A DNA stretch of 64,000 nucleotides from Podarcis erhardii (Eukaryota). The notes beneath the pieces are model-generated. The model ran no database searches and was not told the origin of the DNA. It saw nothing but the letters and a program-made list of their open reading frames with translations. Shown piece after piece: positions 39,501-54,500 of this stretch; within the stretch, counting starts at the first letter, position 1, and each line of letters opens with the position of its first letter. Position numbers and translations under genes: made by a program. The stretch lies in assembly GCA_964252035.1 (NCBI GenBank), contig OZ176200.1; one strand, 5' to 3'.

Positions 39501-42500
39501 CTTTACCTTATGTACTCCCTGCATATATTTAGAATGTCGAACACAATACTTGAACACATTGTCTAAACATGATAAATGACTGGGGTGGGAACAACTGAGA
39601 CAGACGTTAAGTATGTCTTCCTCAAGCAGGAAAATAGCTAGGAAGAAATAAGATTACATCACCCAAGATCATATGGCTTTGATTTTTTCCCCCTTCACAC
39701 AAGGAAGCAGCTCCTTCAACCACAAAACAGCATCGGATATAGATTCACCCAATCATTATTAGTCAGTGAGGATTCCAAGTACGACTGTACTATCTTTTTG
39801 TCATCCACAAACATGCTTTCTCAGCCCTTATATGCCCTTTCTCTAAGTCCAGACTCTTGCCTTCATTACTCAACACACAAAATGCCATCCTAATAAATCC
39901 TCAGCAGCTCTTTGATTCTTACTTACTTATTTAGTATTCTGCCCTTCATCCAAAGGCCTCAGGGCTCTTCACAACAGAAAAACACAAAACCTGCTGAAGA
40001 CATTCTTATTTAGACATGCCTACCCAGATGTTCATAATGTTTGTGAGAGTTTTTATTTGCCTTAGTCTGGTCTATTTTGGTTTTGACTTTCTGTGTGTTT
40101 TAAATTATGGTTGTAATTTTTTTAATAACAATTTTACTGTTTCACTTTTTTTTGTAAACTACTTTGAGGCCGTTCTACAATGAAGCAGTACATAAATTTA
40201 AATAAATAAATAAAATGGATCAACCCAGGCCCCTGAAAAATCGAAGTTTGCTTGGTTTCACTGTAATACATGGGAAGAACAAACAAGAGATGCCAACCTT
40301 TCCGCAAGGATATCAAGTGGATGCTTTCCTTGGGCCCAACTTTTCACCATCCACGCTGTGTCAAACGCAGCCAGGAACCCTCTTGCACAACCAGTGCCCA
40401 TGGGCCAGAACGGCTGTGAAATAACATCAACATATTAGATGAAATCTAACATCATGATCATTCTGAAATGACCACACAGCTATTACTGTGCTCTTCAGAA
40501 TGGTAGAAAACTGTTCTTAGAGACTTCAAATCAGCAACTCCACCATATTGGCACAAAACATTTAATCAATATGTCCCCTAATGTGGTGACTGGTTAAAGT
40601 ATCTGCTTACAAGTCACATATGATATCATCCTGCCAAATGGAAAAGACAAATGCCCACAGAATGTAGTGGAGTTAGTAAAAAGCTCTAGATCCACAGGGG
40701 CCTATATCCATTTGCTGGGAGAATGTAAGGGATTCCACCGATGTGAGCTAACATGTCCAAATCAAACTTATTGTTTTTCATTGTAGCCTGAACAGGCAAA
40801 ATTCAAATCCTACTTCTGTTCTCTTGGGAACAATGGACCCTCTCCAATGTTGCAGCTCTGCTGGTGAAACAAACTTCCATGTGCATGATGGAGCCTCCTT
40901 CTCCTCTCTTTTCCCCTCCAGCTCCCCACCCCACTCCCCCAATCAATCAGCTCTGGAGAGTTGGGGGAACGTCCAGAGCAGATATGGGGGTACATGGAGA
41001 TAAGGAGAGGAAACTGAAGCCCCATTGGGTCAGCAGAACTATGTGTGTGGAGCACTAGATACAACCCAATGAAGATCTTATGTTCCATATTATTTAAAAT
41101 TAACAAACTCACTATGATTTGGCACAAGCCATGTATTTACATAAGATCCTGGAACTCCAGCTTTTAAATAAAAAATAACTTTCGAGCTCTCATGGCTGCA
41201 CAGCTTTGAATATGTAATTGCTAAAATCTCCAAGGTGTTCCATGGTATCAAAGAAGCCACCTGCCTAAACTTTTTTTTTAAAAAGGGTGACAACGACACA
41301 CTACCTCTAGTAAACTGTCTCCAACAAGAGCAACCAACAGCTGGTGTCTGTGTCTCTCGCGTATTAATGCAGCATTTTCAGAGGCATACATGGAAGTAAA
41401 ATCAAACATGGCTACATCTGGTTGACCGTAGTGATTAATTGCAAAATCCAAGGCAGGCAGTTGGTAATCGGTTGCAAAATCGGCAGCTTCTCTTGCATAG
41501 GACAGCAGATTGTCTTGGTCTACGTTTTCCCCACAGAGTAGCATTTCAGTATCAATATAATCCTACATTGGAAGACAAAACTATATCATTAGAGATCTTT
41601 GGATGTTTGCACAACTGCTACACAAAAAAGATTATGATATTCCACATGGGAAGAACTGAAGGTTTGATAAGATTCAGGTTATATTCTGACTTCTTTCTTT
41701 TAAAAATGTATTGATGTATTTATCTTATGTTACTCAGTATATTTAAGTCAAGTTTAGAGACCATGATCTGGCTTTCACGCAATACTAGATTAAACCATGG
41801 ATCCTTTTGCTGTCATGCTACCTAGGGATAAAACATGGTTGGGCTTAGTTATGTCTGAACCTGACCCTATTGTGTGTCTCATGCCAAATAAACCATGAGC
41901 CTGGAGCCAAGGTTTGATCTCGGCTTACCACTCATGATTTGTCTGGGGAAAGCAGAATACAAGGCTTGGATTGGATGTAATGCTAAGCCAAACCATGGTT
42001 TAGCCCTGTGGAGCTCAGCAGCAGCAGAACTGGGGAAGGAGTGCTGTGGTCGTAACCACGCCCCTGGAAACCTGCCTGTTTGTTTATTCACACTAAATCC
42101 AGGTGAAGGGATTGAAGGTAAGATCAGATTCACCCATCAGCTGATGAGAGAATGGAACTGTGCTTTCGAATGATCTCTCCTCTATGCTCCTCCTTCAAAC
42201 CACCACGATTCGAAGGAGGAAATTCAGGGTACCCAGTAGTGTGCTGCAATCCTCCCATCAGCTGATGGACTGGTGGGAACTCACCTTGCTGGATCCAAGG
42301 AACAACTGGGAGCTTTGAGCTTGTTCTTTTGAAGTCCTACCCCTACACACTCACATACAGTGTCAGGTATAGGGTAATGGGTGGGGCTTCCTGAAAATGG
42401 CCTGGGGGACCACATTTGGTCTGCAAGATGTAAGTTCAACACTCCTGGGGTAATACAAAGTGTGAGTGATATGTATATATTTAAAGGTTTATTTGATTGG

Positions 42501-45500
42501 GATGATTACATGGTTTATTGGGTTGGATACTAGCCAAGTGCATGCTCCCTCCTCACCTCTCCTCTTGTGCCCCTGGGGTAAGTGAAGCTACCTTTCTTAA
42601 ACCACAGCTTCCTGTGACATCTGAAGAAGGAAACTGTGGTTTATAGGCTCCCTCCAAGCTAGCATATGATAGAAAGGCCTTAACCCACATTTGAATACCT
42701 ACATCGATTATGACGCCCTTCTCCAAAAGGCTCTGCTTTTTTGCAGTCATCACAAAATAGTGGGTGCTATCTTTATAGTAAACAATATTCTCCAGGTCAA
42801 TTCCTAGGGAAGAAAGATATTTCACACACAAAGCACCAGAAACACAATACATTCAACAAATGACAGTTTAAACCATAATTAAAATCAGCAGTGGTTAAGA
42901 GCTTGCAAACAAATGCCATGCTATTACAAACGTACAATCTGCACAAGCATATCAGCTTGCCAGAGGAAATAATTCTCTTCCCTCTCCTCATGCTCTGCTG
43001 TGTGTGTTTATGGGGGGGGGGGGTCTCCTGATCCCTTTGGAGCCAATTTTGCGGGAGTGCAGAACTAGAAGATGAGGAAAAGCCCCACTGTGCAAGCCCT
43101 TGCACATCACTTCTGCTCACAATATTTGTTAGGTGACTCCCGCCTTATACATTCTCTTAGAAAACAGTAATTACATAGCCATAGATACCTCCCTAGGAAG
43201 GGAGTTCTAAACATGTGGTGCCACCACCAAAAAGGCTCTGCCCCGGCACCTGTTGATCCCTCAGATCTTACTTGCATACCAAACAGCAGGTTCTCAGGTG
43301 CCAATTCTGAATTTCAGGCAGGTTTATAGCTGTGCAAATTTCTCCTTTATCTACTCAACATTTGGCACAAACCTGTTCCTTATTTTAGGAGCACAGAACA
43401 GTTGTAATGATTTGTTTACTTCAAAACTCCAATGCAGCTGGATCACAGCCAAATTGTATCCATCTCATGTTTATTTCAAAGAATACTGTGAATTAGCTCC
43501 TGTGCAGCTAATCAGCATTTCCAGTTGTGTATTTTAATAGTTTTTATAAAGGTCATCAAAACAATGGTCTACGCTTCTACTTAGCTCTAACTGGTTTGAA
43601 TTTACTCACATCTACTAGGCTCCTAATTGTACATTTAATAAATGTCTACAGTGATGCCAAAAATGAGTATGAGTAACTGAGATATATTTACAACAGCAGC
43701 CACAACAACAAGAGACTTCCTCTTGGTTCCTAAACTGCATTTTCACAGGAAGTTGATACTGCGAAGGTACATTGGGCTGAAAGATGGCCAGACCCAGCTC
43801 AAAACCGGTCAGTCATGGATCATGTTTCTTCAACTCTCAGAGTTAACAGCAGAGTTAACAGAGTCAAACAGCATATAGCTAATCATATAGCAAGAAAAAC
43901 AACAAGCCATAAAATATTGGCTAAATTTCATGCGCACCACACAGGCCTTAGGTACTCAGGGGGGGAAATCTGTGCTACTGAAAATATTTGTGTACACTTT
44001 AAGAAAGAAATTTACAAAACTTCATGTAAGAGACGCAACTGGGGGAGAATAAGGATAAATATATCTGCTTTCAGTAGTCTGAAATGAAGTAATCGCCATC
44101 ACTCAATTTAGTAACTGGTACAGAACTGCTAGTGAGTTAGGTTCTCTTATTATTCTTTATTTTCCTTTGCCATGGAGGAAAAAAAAGATCAGATAACCCA
44201 CCTGTGTCTTCTTTCAGATCTTGGAAGAATTTTTGATTGAAGATGAAAGCAACACCACTGATCTCCTCCACCTTAGCTTCTGCTGTTGTATTTCTGTTTA
44301 TAAAGTTGGCAGTGATTGCAATCGCCAGCTTTCCACGAAATTCCTTCCTCCTAAAGCCTAGTACAGAAAAGCAACCCAACCATCATTCATCTGCTGCTCA
44401 GCTCTAACCAAAGTATTTTCATAAGTTTAAGATGAAAAGCAAAAAGCATCATCTCTCACAGTGCAATTTTTAAATTAGCCATTTGTTCAACTCTTAGCTA
44501 ATAACTGTAAAAATACAAACTTCTGGCAGTAGCTGGTTGATGGTTCTCAGTCCAAGATTATGTCTTTCTGGTACCTGTCTGGAAGAAAGCTCACCCCCCA
44601 CCCCAAATATTGTTTTTGAGGATCATAAATTAACATCAACTCCTACGGTGTTGCTACTGTGCGCACTTTCCTCATTCAATTATCCCAGCCAAATTCTGAT
44701 TCATTGTATAATAATATCCTGCTTCACCTATTTCAAGTTCCTCCTTTCTGCTTCCCTATTACCTGTTTATTAGTTGAAACCACACCTGCTACAAAGTAGT
44801 TGCCTTATCACCCAAGGCAGATTCCTCATGTTAGTCATCTTGCCAAACCTCAATTCCTCTCCTTTTCCACCACAGGCATATTTTCATCTTTCAAATCCTT
44901 TGTGAACGTTGTACTTACAACCCACTTAACAGCCAGGATGGGGATCCTGTGGCCCTCAAGACATTGCTTGACTACAATTCCCATCATTCCTGGTCATTGA
45001 TTGTCAGGGAACTGCCATCGGAAGAACAGGCGGTGGAAAGGCTCCAGGAGAATAGGAGAGACTCTGCAGCAGAAGAGGGAACCAGTAGGGGGGGAGCAGG
45101 AGCTCCAAGGGAAAGGGAGTCGGAGGGGAGGCTCTGGGATACTTCCAGTGAGAACAGTGAGGAGGTATCAAGGCCCCCTTTAGGGACCCCCACCCCTCGC
45201 CGGAAACTGTCACGCAGAGAATCCAGGAGACGCGTTTCCGTTAAGCAGCTTTTATGTTGGAAACGCTTCCGCAGACGCCCACAGTCGGATTCTACCAGCG
45301 ACTGACGGAGCCATGCCAAAGGGCTCCGCTCAAGGCAGAGCTTTGCTACGCTGAGCAAACTCTGAGGGACCAAGCTTTTAAGCACAAGCAGCTCATTATC
45401 CCATCATATTGGTCATGGTGGCTGGGAGTGATGGGAACTGGAGTCCAACAACACCTGCAGGTCCGTAGGTTCCCCTTTCCTGCTTAACACTTTGTGCTTC

Positions 45501-48500
45501 CATTTCTGCCCATTTTCTTCCATCCTCCGCCTTGAAACCAGCCCTGTATATCTTCCTTTGCTTCCGCATAACCCAATGCAGCATGGGTGCTGATGGGAGG
45601 TTTTTTTCCTTAAAAGTAAGAGCCACATGGAGAGTGATTTTCATGCGGGGAGATAAACGTCTTCTCCATGATGCAGTCCTAAAGTCCACATTCAGTGTTA
45701 ATTTTAAAAAACACTGATGCTGTGGACTAGATATGCAATGAAATGTGCATCGGCCCCCATAAAGGGAGTCATGTTTCCCATGACACAGGGACCCAAACTT
45801 CTCATGATGTTCACCCGCATGATTCTTCCCCCTGTCCCAAGTGGTTTTGTTTTTGGAATGAAGAACAACTCAACAGAGTTGCCTGACTCCCTTACTGGTT
45901 GCCCACACAAAATGCTCCCCTCCCACAATCTGGTTTCTCACCAGTGGGGAGGAAAGTTACATGGAATACAACTGAGCCTCATGAGTCACTTGGGCTTAAG
46001 AACCCCTTAGAACTATTCAACAGGTTCAGTGCACCAATGTTTCCTAAGTGTATAAAGGGCAGAGAGGAGATACACTCGTGTTCTCAAAAATGAAACTGGC
46101 ATGCACCAGGGTCCTACAATTCCCCATGGCATCTACTCCCATTGCCTTTGGTGTTTCACTGGCATTTCTTGATAAGCCAAATTTTAAAAAAATCACCTAA
46201 TTAAGTCCAATGGGAGTACATACTTAACTAGGTTGGTTCATGTGATATGGCTAGCAAGAACTGCTCAACTACTGTCTCATTGAGAGAAGCCGACTCAGAG
46301 GGTTGGAATTTTCCCTAATTATTATTTTGCAGCTATTGCAACAGAATATTCCTTTCCTTCAGCTGTTTCTTCTTCCTCAAATCCTTGCCCTAAGTGACTG
46401 TTCTTAAAATCATATCTTCCTAATTATTCCTTCAGACGTCTTCACCAGATCCCCAGCAGGCACTGTAGGTGATGATTATTTTGAATACACATGGCCTACA
46501 ACACAAAATGTAGGCCATTGTTGACTTGCTTGTGCCGTTCCTGATAAAACCATGAAACCTTTCTGTCAGGTATTATTCCACAATGTAAAAAAAAAAATGA
46601 AATAAAAAATCCACAAGCACAATGTGATACACAGCTGTTAATGTATTTTACGATGAATGGTGTTTTAACTTGGTTTTTAATGCCACATTTTATAAACATT
46701 GTTAGCTGCTCTGGTTCTGTTTGAAGGCAAGTAGAATAAAAGCAATATATATGACAATAAAATGACTTTTAAAAGCAAGAATGTAACTTTTCTGTAAAAA
46801 ACTAAAAAAGCAGTAATTTAAAACCAGTCATTATCCCACTTCTACAGCCATTCCTGTAGTAAGAAAACAAGCAGGCATTTTGCTACAACTTTTACAACAT
46901 ACCTTCCAAGCTGTTTCTGCGGCCGTCGGCACCAATAACAACATCAAATTCATATTCTGACAAAGGATGATCCATTGGGAGAAATTCAGCACGCCAACCT
47001 ATTTCTGAAAGGAGTAGGTCAGTCAGCCACACAAGTGGTCAAACAGTGAGTAATTCAAACTGCATTGTCAACACCTGTGGGCTCCAAGCAACACGAGAGA
47101 AGTCCATGTAAAGACTGCACAGCACAGCCAGCCCTACCATGAGGTAAACTGAGAAAATTACCTCAGGTAGCAAGAGGGCAGCATATTTAAACCGCAGCTC
47201 ACATCCCTATTGTCACTGCCTGTTGTTCTGAGGAAAGGGGCCCTTCCACAGAGAGAGGCATACTAGGTTAGGTGGTCCATGGAAGCTAAACATTTTTTTA
47301 AAAAGTTAAAAGTTGCTAAAATAAAATTAAGCTTTCAACTAATTTTGAAGGAGAATTTCTAGCTGTGGAAGCAAAGCCAAGGCAGTGCAATCACCCTCTT
47401 GCCCAGAAAACCTTGCTCCAGGCATCCTTGAACTTATTGGAGAAAACATTCAAACTCCATTCAAGCAAGCTGAACTGAAGTTTATTTGGCATAAGGTATA
47501 GCCAAAATGCCAATAGAAAGAGACCAAACAGATTTAAATTAAATGCGCTCACTCACACCAAGCAGAATACCCAATTCCTTAAGGTTTAAACTGATCGCCT
47601 TATTTCTGTGCAATACTTTTCTTAACGAAAGTCATGCCATACTTTGATTTTCTTGATCTTCAGGAGGTTCCAAAACTTTCACAAATTCTAAATTCACGTG
47701 GATTTCAACTCCCAACATAAGTGCAACCTTGAAGAGGATGAGCTGAAGCTGCCTAATACCTGCAAAAGAGAAACAATATGGTTATTTTAGGATGTGCATT
47801 AGTCAACATTTGAACGTACGTTTCATTGCAGTGGCAGATATACTTGTTTCCTAATACAGTGAAGGCCTTCAGAAGAAAAAGCACTCCAATGTTGCTATTT
47901 TCAGTTTAGCCAACTGATTTGCTAATTCATGGTTTTCTTTCTCTTTTTTTAAGTATCCTGGATAACTTTACCAGCAGGGTAAAAGGATACCAGGAATCCA
48001 CTATATGCAAATCTAAGCAACTGCAATACACAGAGAGAAAGAGATTTAACTAGAATAATTATATGTTTTTTTAAAAAATTAATTGGGTGGTACCTTAATC
48101 CATGCTGATCACAACTCACTAGCTCCCTCAGCTTATTTCAGTGTCTGTGTGTGTGCGCGCGCTTAAGAAATAGAAAAAAAGGTAGGTAACTTTTTTCAGT
48201 CCAACAGCCACAAACCAGCAGTGGCCACGGCAAAAGTGAGCATGAACACTCCACACCGACTCTCTCTCACACACACAGCTATCTGATTTATCCATTGTTT
48301 TAATTTTTGTGAGCTGCCTTGAGCTGAGGTTCTTGAGGAAAGATGGGATATACTTAAATAATAAAACATAAATTTGAAAAATGAGGGCTGTCAACTTAAC
48401 CTTCTTGAAAATTTGAAGAAATGTGTTGGCATTCAATTTATACAAAACTTGCTAAAAATATGGGTAGGGGACACCTGCTAGAAGGAGTGGGATGCCATGT

Positions 48501-51500
48501 TCTGTTCTCTATATACTGAAACATTTCTTTCATCTTCTTCCAAAAATACCCAGCATGGGCTGTTTCCTACAGTGGATACAGGCTTCATCGGTTAAATCTG
48601 TTGTGATATACTGGTATACCATATCAGGAGAAGAGCTACAACCCTGTACAAGCTCAAATGAATTCAACAGAAGGTGTCTGCACACAGCTGTGTAATGAGC
48701 TGCAGCCAAAATTCCTGCCGTGTAGCTAGAGATGTATTCACACTGAACTTTCATGCAATGTCCATTCTTAGTGAATGATACTTACTAATGTGATCAATGG
48801 ATCCTCCACAGAACTTTCCATAGAATTTCTTTGCTCCTAGGCTTCGAAGATCATGAATAGTAAAAGGCCAGAGGTGAAGCACATTGTTTCTTGAAAAAGT
48901 GTCTCGTTTCTCCACAACAACGACTTTGGCTCCTAGAAAGGCAAGTTCTATGGCAGTCCGCAAACCACAGGGTCCACCTCCAACAATCAAACACTGCAGG
49001 AGGAAACAGAAAAGCTTAATATATTAAGATATGTGAAAATATTTTATAGATGTTTTGATACGATTTTATTTCATGATGCTCCACAATCAGGAGATGATTT
49101 TGAGAAATCTTCTCATACATTCAGTCCAAGACAAACTTAATCAGAAATTGGTCAATCAATTCAGAGTTGTGTTCTCGGACTCAGCCTTTCCACTGAGTTC
49201 CATGATGAAAGAAATGTGGGATAGAAGTGTCCCAAACAAATAAAAACAAGACAAAGGGTCAAAATATTCTTACACTGGTTAACTAGTCCATTTAAGGATG
49301 ATTGTTCTCCTGTAACCTTCCTTGGGACCTTAAGGAGAAGGGCATGGCAAGGAATCTTACACAAATAATTAAAATGCAAAGTGGGCTTGGCTTAATTCTA
49401 GAGAACTTTCTAGGCTCTCCTTTTCAGAGCAGGGGTGTCAGCTTCTATCGTAAGAAAAGGTAGCAAATGACTCAATTATATGGATGGACAAGACTGAGTC
49501 CAGGATGCTATCAAGACTGGGAAAAGCAGGACAGTTGGCAGGAGTTTAGGAAGTTTTTGCAGTAAACTCTTTCTGATTAACATGAGAACTCTGAGTTAAT
49601 GCATTTGCAGCTTAACAGTGGTACACAGTATTTTGTTGTACTCAACAAATGCATACCATAAATGGTTTCATCCACTTTGAGTCCCCAAGCAAACAAAGAT
49701 CTATGTATATAAACAATGGCAGTTACCAAAAGCGACTCATTCAAACATAGGCCTTCCAGTGAATAATGTCTTCATCCCTCCAGACAAGAGGAAAAGCCCC
49801 ACCTATTTGCTCCAAATCACTTCAGGCAGCAAACCTTTTAAAGCCATAATCTGGGGTTACCATCTAGCAACGTATTTATCTTTGCTTCAAATGTATTTGC
49901 TCTTTGATTTATTTGTGAAGATCTCCTATTGAAGCACAGTTTACACATGGCAATGTAGCGCTGATATTTAAATATTCTGGAGACAAAGCAGCATGGCTCT
50001 TGACAACACTGAATTCAGGAGTGTTTAGACTTTTACCTATATTAAATTATGAAAAGGACAGAACAAGAATTGCAAAAGGAGGAAAGAAGCCAAGCCACTT
50101 AGAACTCAGGTTACATAAGGAAATAAATGCAACCACTGAGCTCTGCTTTTTAGAAACTTCTGGACTAGGCTAAAAATGCCAGACTTCCTCTTTTAATCCC
50201 AGCTGAGTCCACTCACAAGTAGTGGTAGGGTAGAGATAAAATGCTAAAGCAACCTGCAAAAAGCAGATCAGCTGGGCAAAGGATACCCTCCAGCACTATT
50301 CCTAGGTTCTGTGTATGCAGCCTTCTGGGTCCTAGTGGCCTCGACCAACAGCTTGGGGTGGGAATGAATTTTGGCTTCAGCACTTCTGGCTGAAGCGTTT
50401 GCCTCCCACCAGTTCACTCACTTCTGCTTGCTGGTTTGGAATTTGGAGAAGAGAAAGGCATTTTAAGAACGGCTTTGAAAACTACCTGCTAGCTTTTAAA
50501 TTATGGTTATATTTATGCTATTGGTATACCCAAGCCAGCTGGAGGGCACTAGGTTTCCATCTCTGGTCTACAAAGACCATCCACATGTTGATCACAACCA
50601 GACACAAGTCCAGCTCAAGTGTTGCCATGTGTGGCTCAGCAACTGCATGAAGGGGGCAGTGGGAGCAAACAACCGAGCTCCTCCATTCTATGTTCATCAT
50701 TGTTTCCATCATCCTTCAACTCACTGAGAACAACTGTGTGGTATGGGAAGACTTGAGAAGACTTTCTACCCCTATTTCAGGATTCTGGAAAAGCAGGGTT
50801 CTAAAATGCTTAGATTTCACACGTACAGAAGGCTCCCTGCTTCAGAAGGTCACCTTTCATGAGTTGGACCGTGAGGTGACAGCATACTCATCCCCACTGC
50901 TTCCCCCACCTACATGTTTGCTGAGCACAACAAAGGTAATACACAAATACTGAAGAGGCAACATGGAAACTGATTTGTTACTCATTTGTAGTGATTGCTA
51001 TGTATTCGGCTATTTAGTTTCTTTCTCTGATGTTTTTCCTGTGTATATTGTTCAACACTTTGATATTATTTGAGTAAGATTAGAAATAATCCAAAATAAA
51101 ATAAGTAATTCATTTCAATTCAATGTATTTCTTAACACAGGTTAGTAAAAGTAAGGCAAAAACAGAGGATCTAATTTTTTATTTGAAGTCAGGGAAAACA
51201 AAAAGAAACAGAATTCACTTCCTGATTTCAGCTGAACTTAGTGCTCACAAGCCCTATTTCTACCCACTTATAATCTTCATTAGATAATCGCTCAGATAAT
51301 CCCCCCATACTTACTCTATGAAACCCCCAAATTGTCAATTTCCTATGATACTTGGGTTGCCAAAGTGAAAAGTTGTTGACTCCCCCCCCTCCGAAATAAG
51401 CAAACTATAGGGCTTTTTTGCATATATGATGTTCAAAACCCATTATATGATTCCCAAGGGACGCTGGGAGATGAGATGGCCTGCAAAAGTTGTCATCACC

Positions 51501-54500
51501 ATGGCTCCCCCTCGCTCAAGTCCTCTGCATGTGCCAGAGAACTGAAGAGGTGTCCCCATCTTGCTGGGTTTTAAAAATATATAAATTGCTCAACCCTCAA
51601 GAGATTTAGAGGGTGCAGAGGACGAGAGGAGAGGAAAGCAGGCATTATTTCTCTGCATTGGCCCTCTTTATAGGAGAGAACTACAGATGTCAAGCACGTC
51701 AGAGGCTGCACCTCAAGAGAACAAGAGCTGGGTCTGAATGGAAGCTGTTACCCATTTGCCATCCAGAGTGGTCTAGACATGATAGTTTCCTACTCCCCTG
51801 CAGGTATTTGAATATTCCAGTTTCATATACATAAATCCATAATTTGATATTCAGTGCAAAGCTAAGCATCCTGAAAATCTCATACTTCATTTTGAAATAC
51901 AGGTTTCTAATCCTCATAGACTGCAAAGGTAAGTTTGAAACTATGTTGATTAATATTTTTCTAATTAACATTTGCATTACTGAACCTCCTTTTTATTTCC
52001 CTCGGGGAAAATCCTGAATTTGCTGTTAATTTAGAAACCACTACCCAGAATGAAGCATGCATGCACAATCAAGCCTATTGTAAGCTTTCACACAATTGTG
52101 TCCCTTCACCCACAGAAGGCTTTTAGCTCTAGTGGAGTTTTCAGAGAATGGACGGGAAAGCATTGCATTCTCACAAGTTGCCATCATTTGATACAACTTT
52201 TATTGCACGATGGTAGACTACAGAAACTTGGGCAAACACTTTCTGGAGAGACTTCCAGCATAAGTACTCAGTACCATCACGATAAAAAGCAATTACTTCA
52301 CAGGATAAATTGAGACTTCCATGGAATTAATCCAATTTGTTTCCAATGAACAGCAGCTGCTACAGCAACTAAAAAGGAGGCAGTTAAGCAATGCTTCAGT
52401 GAGAAGTCTCTAACCTCTGCCCTACAAGAGAGCTTTTTCATACTTTAACCCTATATGTAGAAATCGAAGAATTTTTGGCAAAAGTCTCTTCCAAAAGATT
52501 CATAAGACTTACTGTTCCTTCAGCTGATGCTTCTATTTTAGAACCTAAGCCAGTCGGTGGCAGACTCTGAATTATTATGAGTGAACTAAAATCCAATATA
52601 ATTGCTTAATATAATGTGAGAGATAATTCAAGAATCTATTTTTACTTTTAAATATTACTAATACCAGCTGCGCATCAGTTTTTCTTTGAAACACAATTAA
52701 ACAAAAACAAATCTAACCAGATTCATCAACACATAATAGTGTTTGAATTCTAATTAGGGTATCAGACAACAAATCATTTACATTAATAATCCTACTGAAA
52801 AGAAATCAATGAATCTGTTTTACGCATTTACAACTTGTTTGATACTTTATGAAACCTTTCCTGCCTGGACTGCCACCTTGTTGCTTGGCGATAAATGCAA
52901 GCAACTACTAGACAGGCCAAAATCACTAGCAGGCATACCTCTTTATGGCTGTCATTTGCAGGTACAGGTATGTCATGGGCACTGGGTGGAATTTAACATC
53001 ACACTACTGCAAATGTTCTATCTGCACAAGTGTATCAGTTTGCCAGGCCCAACACACACACCCCTTGCATGCTGTTCTGGGGGAGTTCTCCTGAACAACA
53101 ACCCCCTCCCAGCCAATTTCAGGAGGTGCAAGTGAACGGGAGAAGGAGAGGAGGTAATCCCCACAAGGGCTTCTGCTGACAGGGTTCATTAGGTGAATCC
53201 CACCCAGAGAATTTTAAACATTATCCTCTCACACAAGGAAACAAATGTGATAATCTGAGCCACCTGGGGGGGGGGGGATTCAGAATTCCACAATACTACC
53301 TTTAATTTACTCTAACAACATGTCCAGGCTATAAAGGAGTTTACACAGTTTACAACCAGTAGAATTAGTACTGCAACTACTGTATATGCATTTCAAAATG
53401 GGAAGTATAGAAGAGTGGCATGGCTAATTCAGAGAACTAAATTAACATGAAGGGAAAGCTTTGGCTGAGCAAGTAGCAGCATCTATGTGACAAGAACACT
53501 AGCACAGATAGGTTTCTGTTACAGTTGTTCAACAGAATCTGTGATCTGGACCTTGTGTGGATTCTCTCCACCACAAGAATGAGTTTTCAAAGCTCTACTG
53601 CAAGACCGTCCGAAATACTAGTTACAATAAGTTAAATGTTACAAAATAACAAAGCAACACATTGCAAACAAACAATGTGGTTCGGTCCTCTGTGCAGTTC
53701 AGTAAACTTTCCTCTCTCTGGTTCCTGAGAGAGACCCTAAGCTTCTTCAGAACCTTTGAGCAATTGCTGCTGCAGCAGCTGCTGCTACTACCTCTCCAAC
53801 AAGCAGACACAGCTTCTTAACTTTCAGCTTCCTGTTGTGCAAGCTCTGCACTTCCTGTTTCCGAGTCATCAGGTAGCTTAACTCATTGTAATGGAAAAAT
53901 CCCAGCCTTCTCTGACGCATTGGCCAGAGTGAAACTTTTTTGCTTCTCTTTCTAGCATTCCAAATAGAATGAATTCAAGCACGCATTTTATGTACATTTA
54001 AACTTACAACTTTAAGAGTTTCCTCCAACTGTGTTAACATACGAACAACGGAGGAACCATTCGGATCAGACCAAAGGCCTATCTAGCCCAGCATCCTGTT
54101 TTCCACAGTGTCCAACTATATCCCACACCTAGGATAGGAGCACTTTCCGCAGCCATACTGCTATCATGACTACCAGCAACTGACAGCCTGATTTTCCATA
54201 TTAATAACCCAGAAGCATTAGCCTTCAATTGGGGTTCCAGGGGAAGGTTCTGCAGCAACCCTTCAGGGATGTAGGGTCTAATTGCTGTGAGGCTTGAGCA
54301 TACCTTTTCCCTCCCAAAGGATAATTTTTGTAAGGCAAAGGGCATTTTGATATGTGGTTATTCAAAGAGTTCCAGTAGGTTACAATTAAACAACTGTAAA
54401 AAGAGAAAAAGTAGACCTGTACAAGGATCACAACATATGTAGTAGCACTGAAACACTTATATCACCTAGGTGTGCAGAAACAAAGTCCTTTTTTTTGTCA

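Noticed and set aside
48530-48754. 74-aa ORF just after coding exon 2
   Set aside because: Intronic, no MICAL similarity; exon 3 is at 47643-47759.
24227-53278. Several G9-G12 homopolymer runs (e.g. near 24227, 32137, 33057, 35640, 43011, 53267)
   Set aside because: Isolated runs without four-tract G-quadruplex architecture; common in these genomes and error-prone in assemblies.
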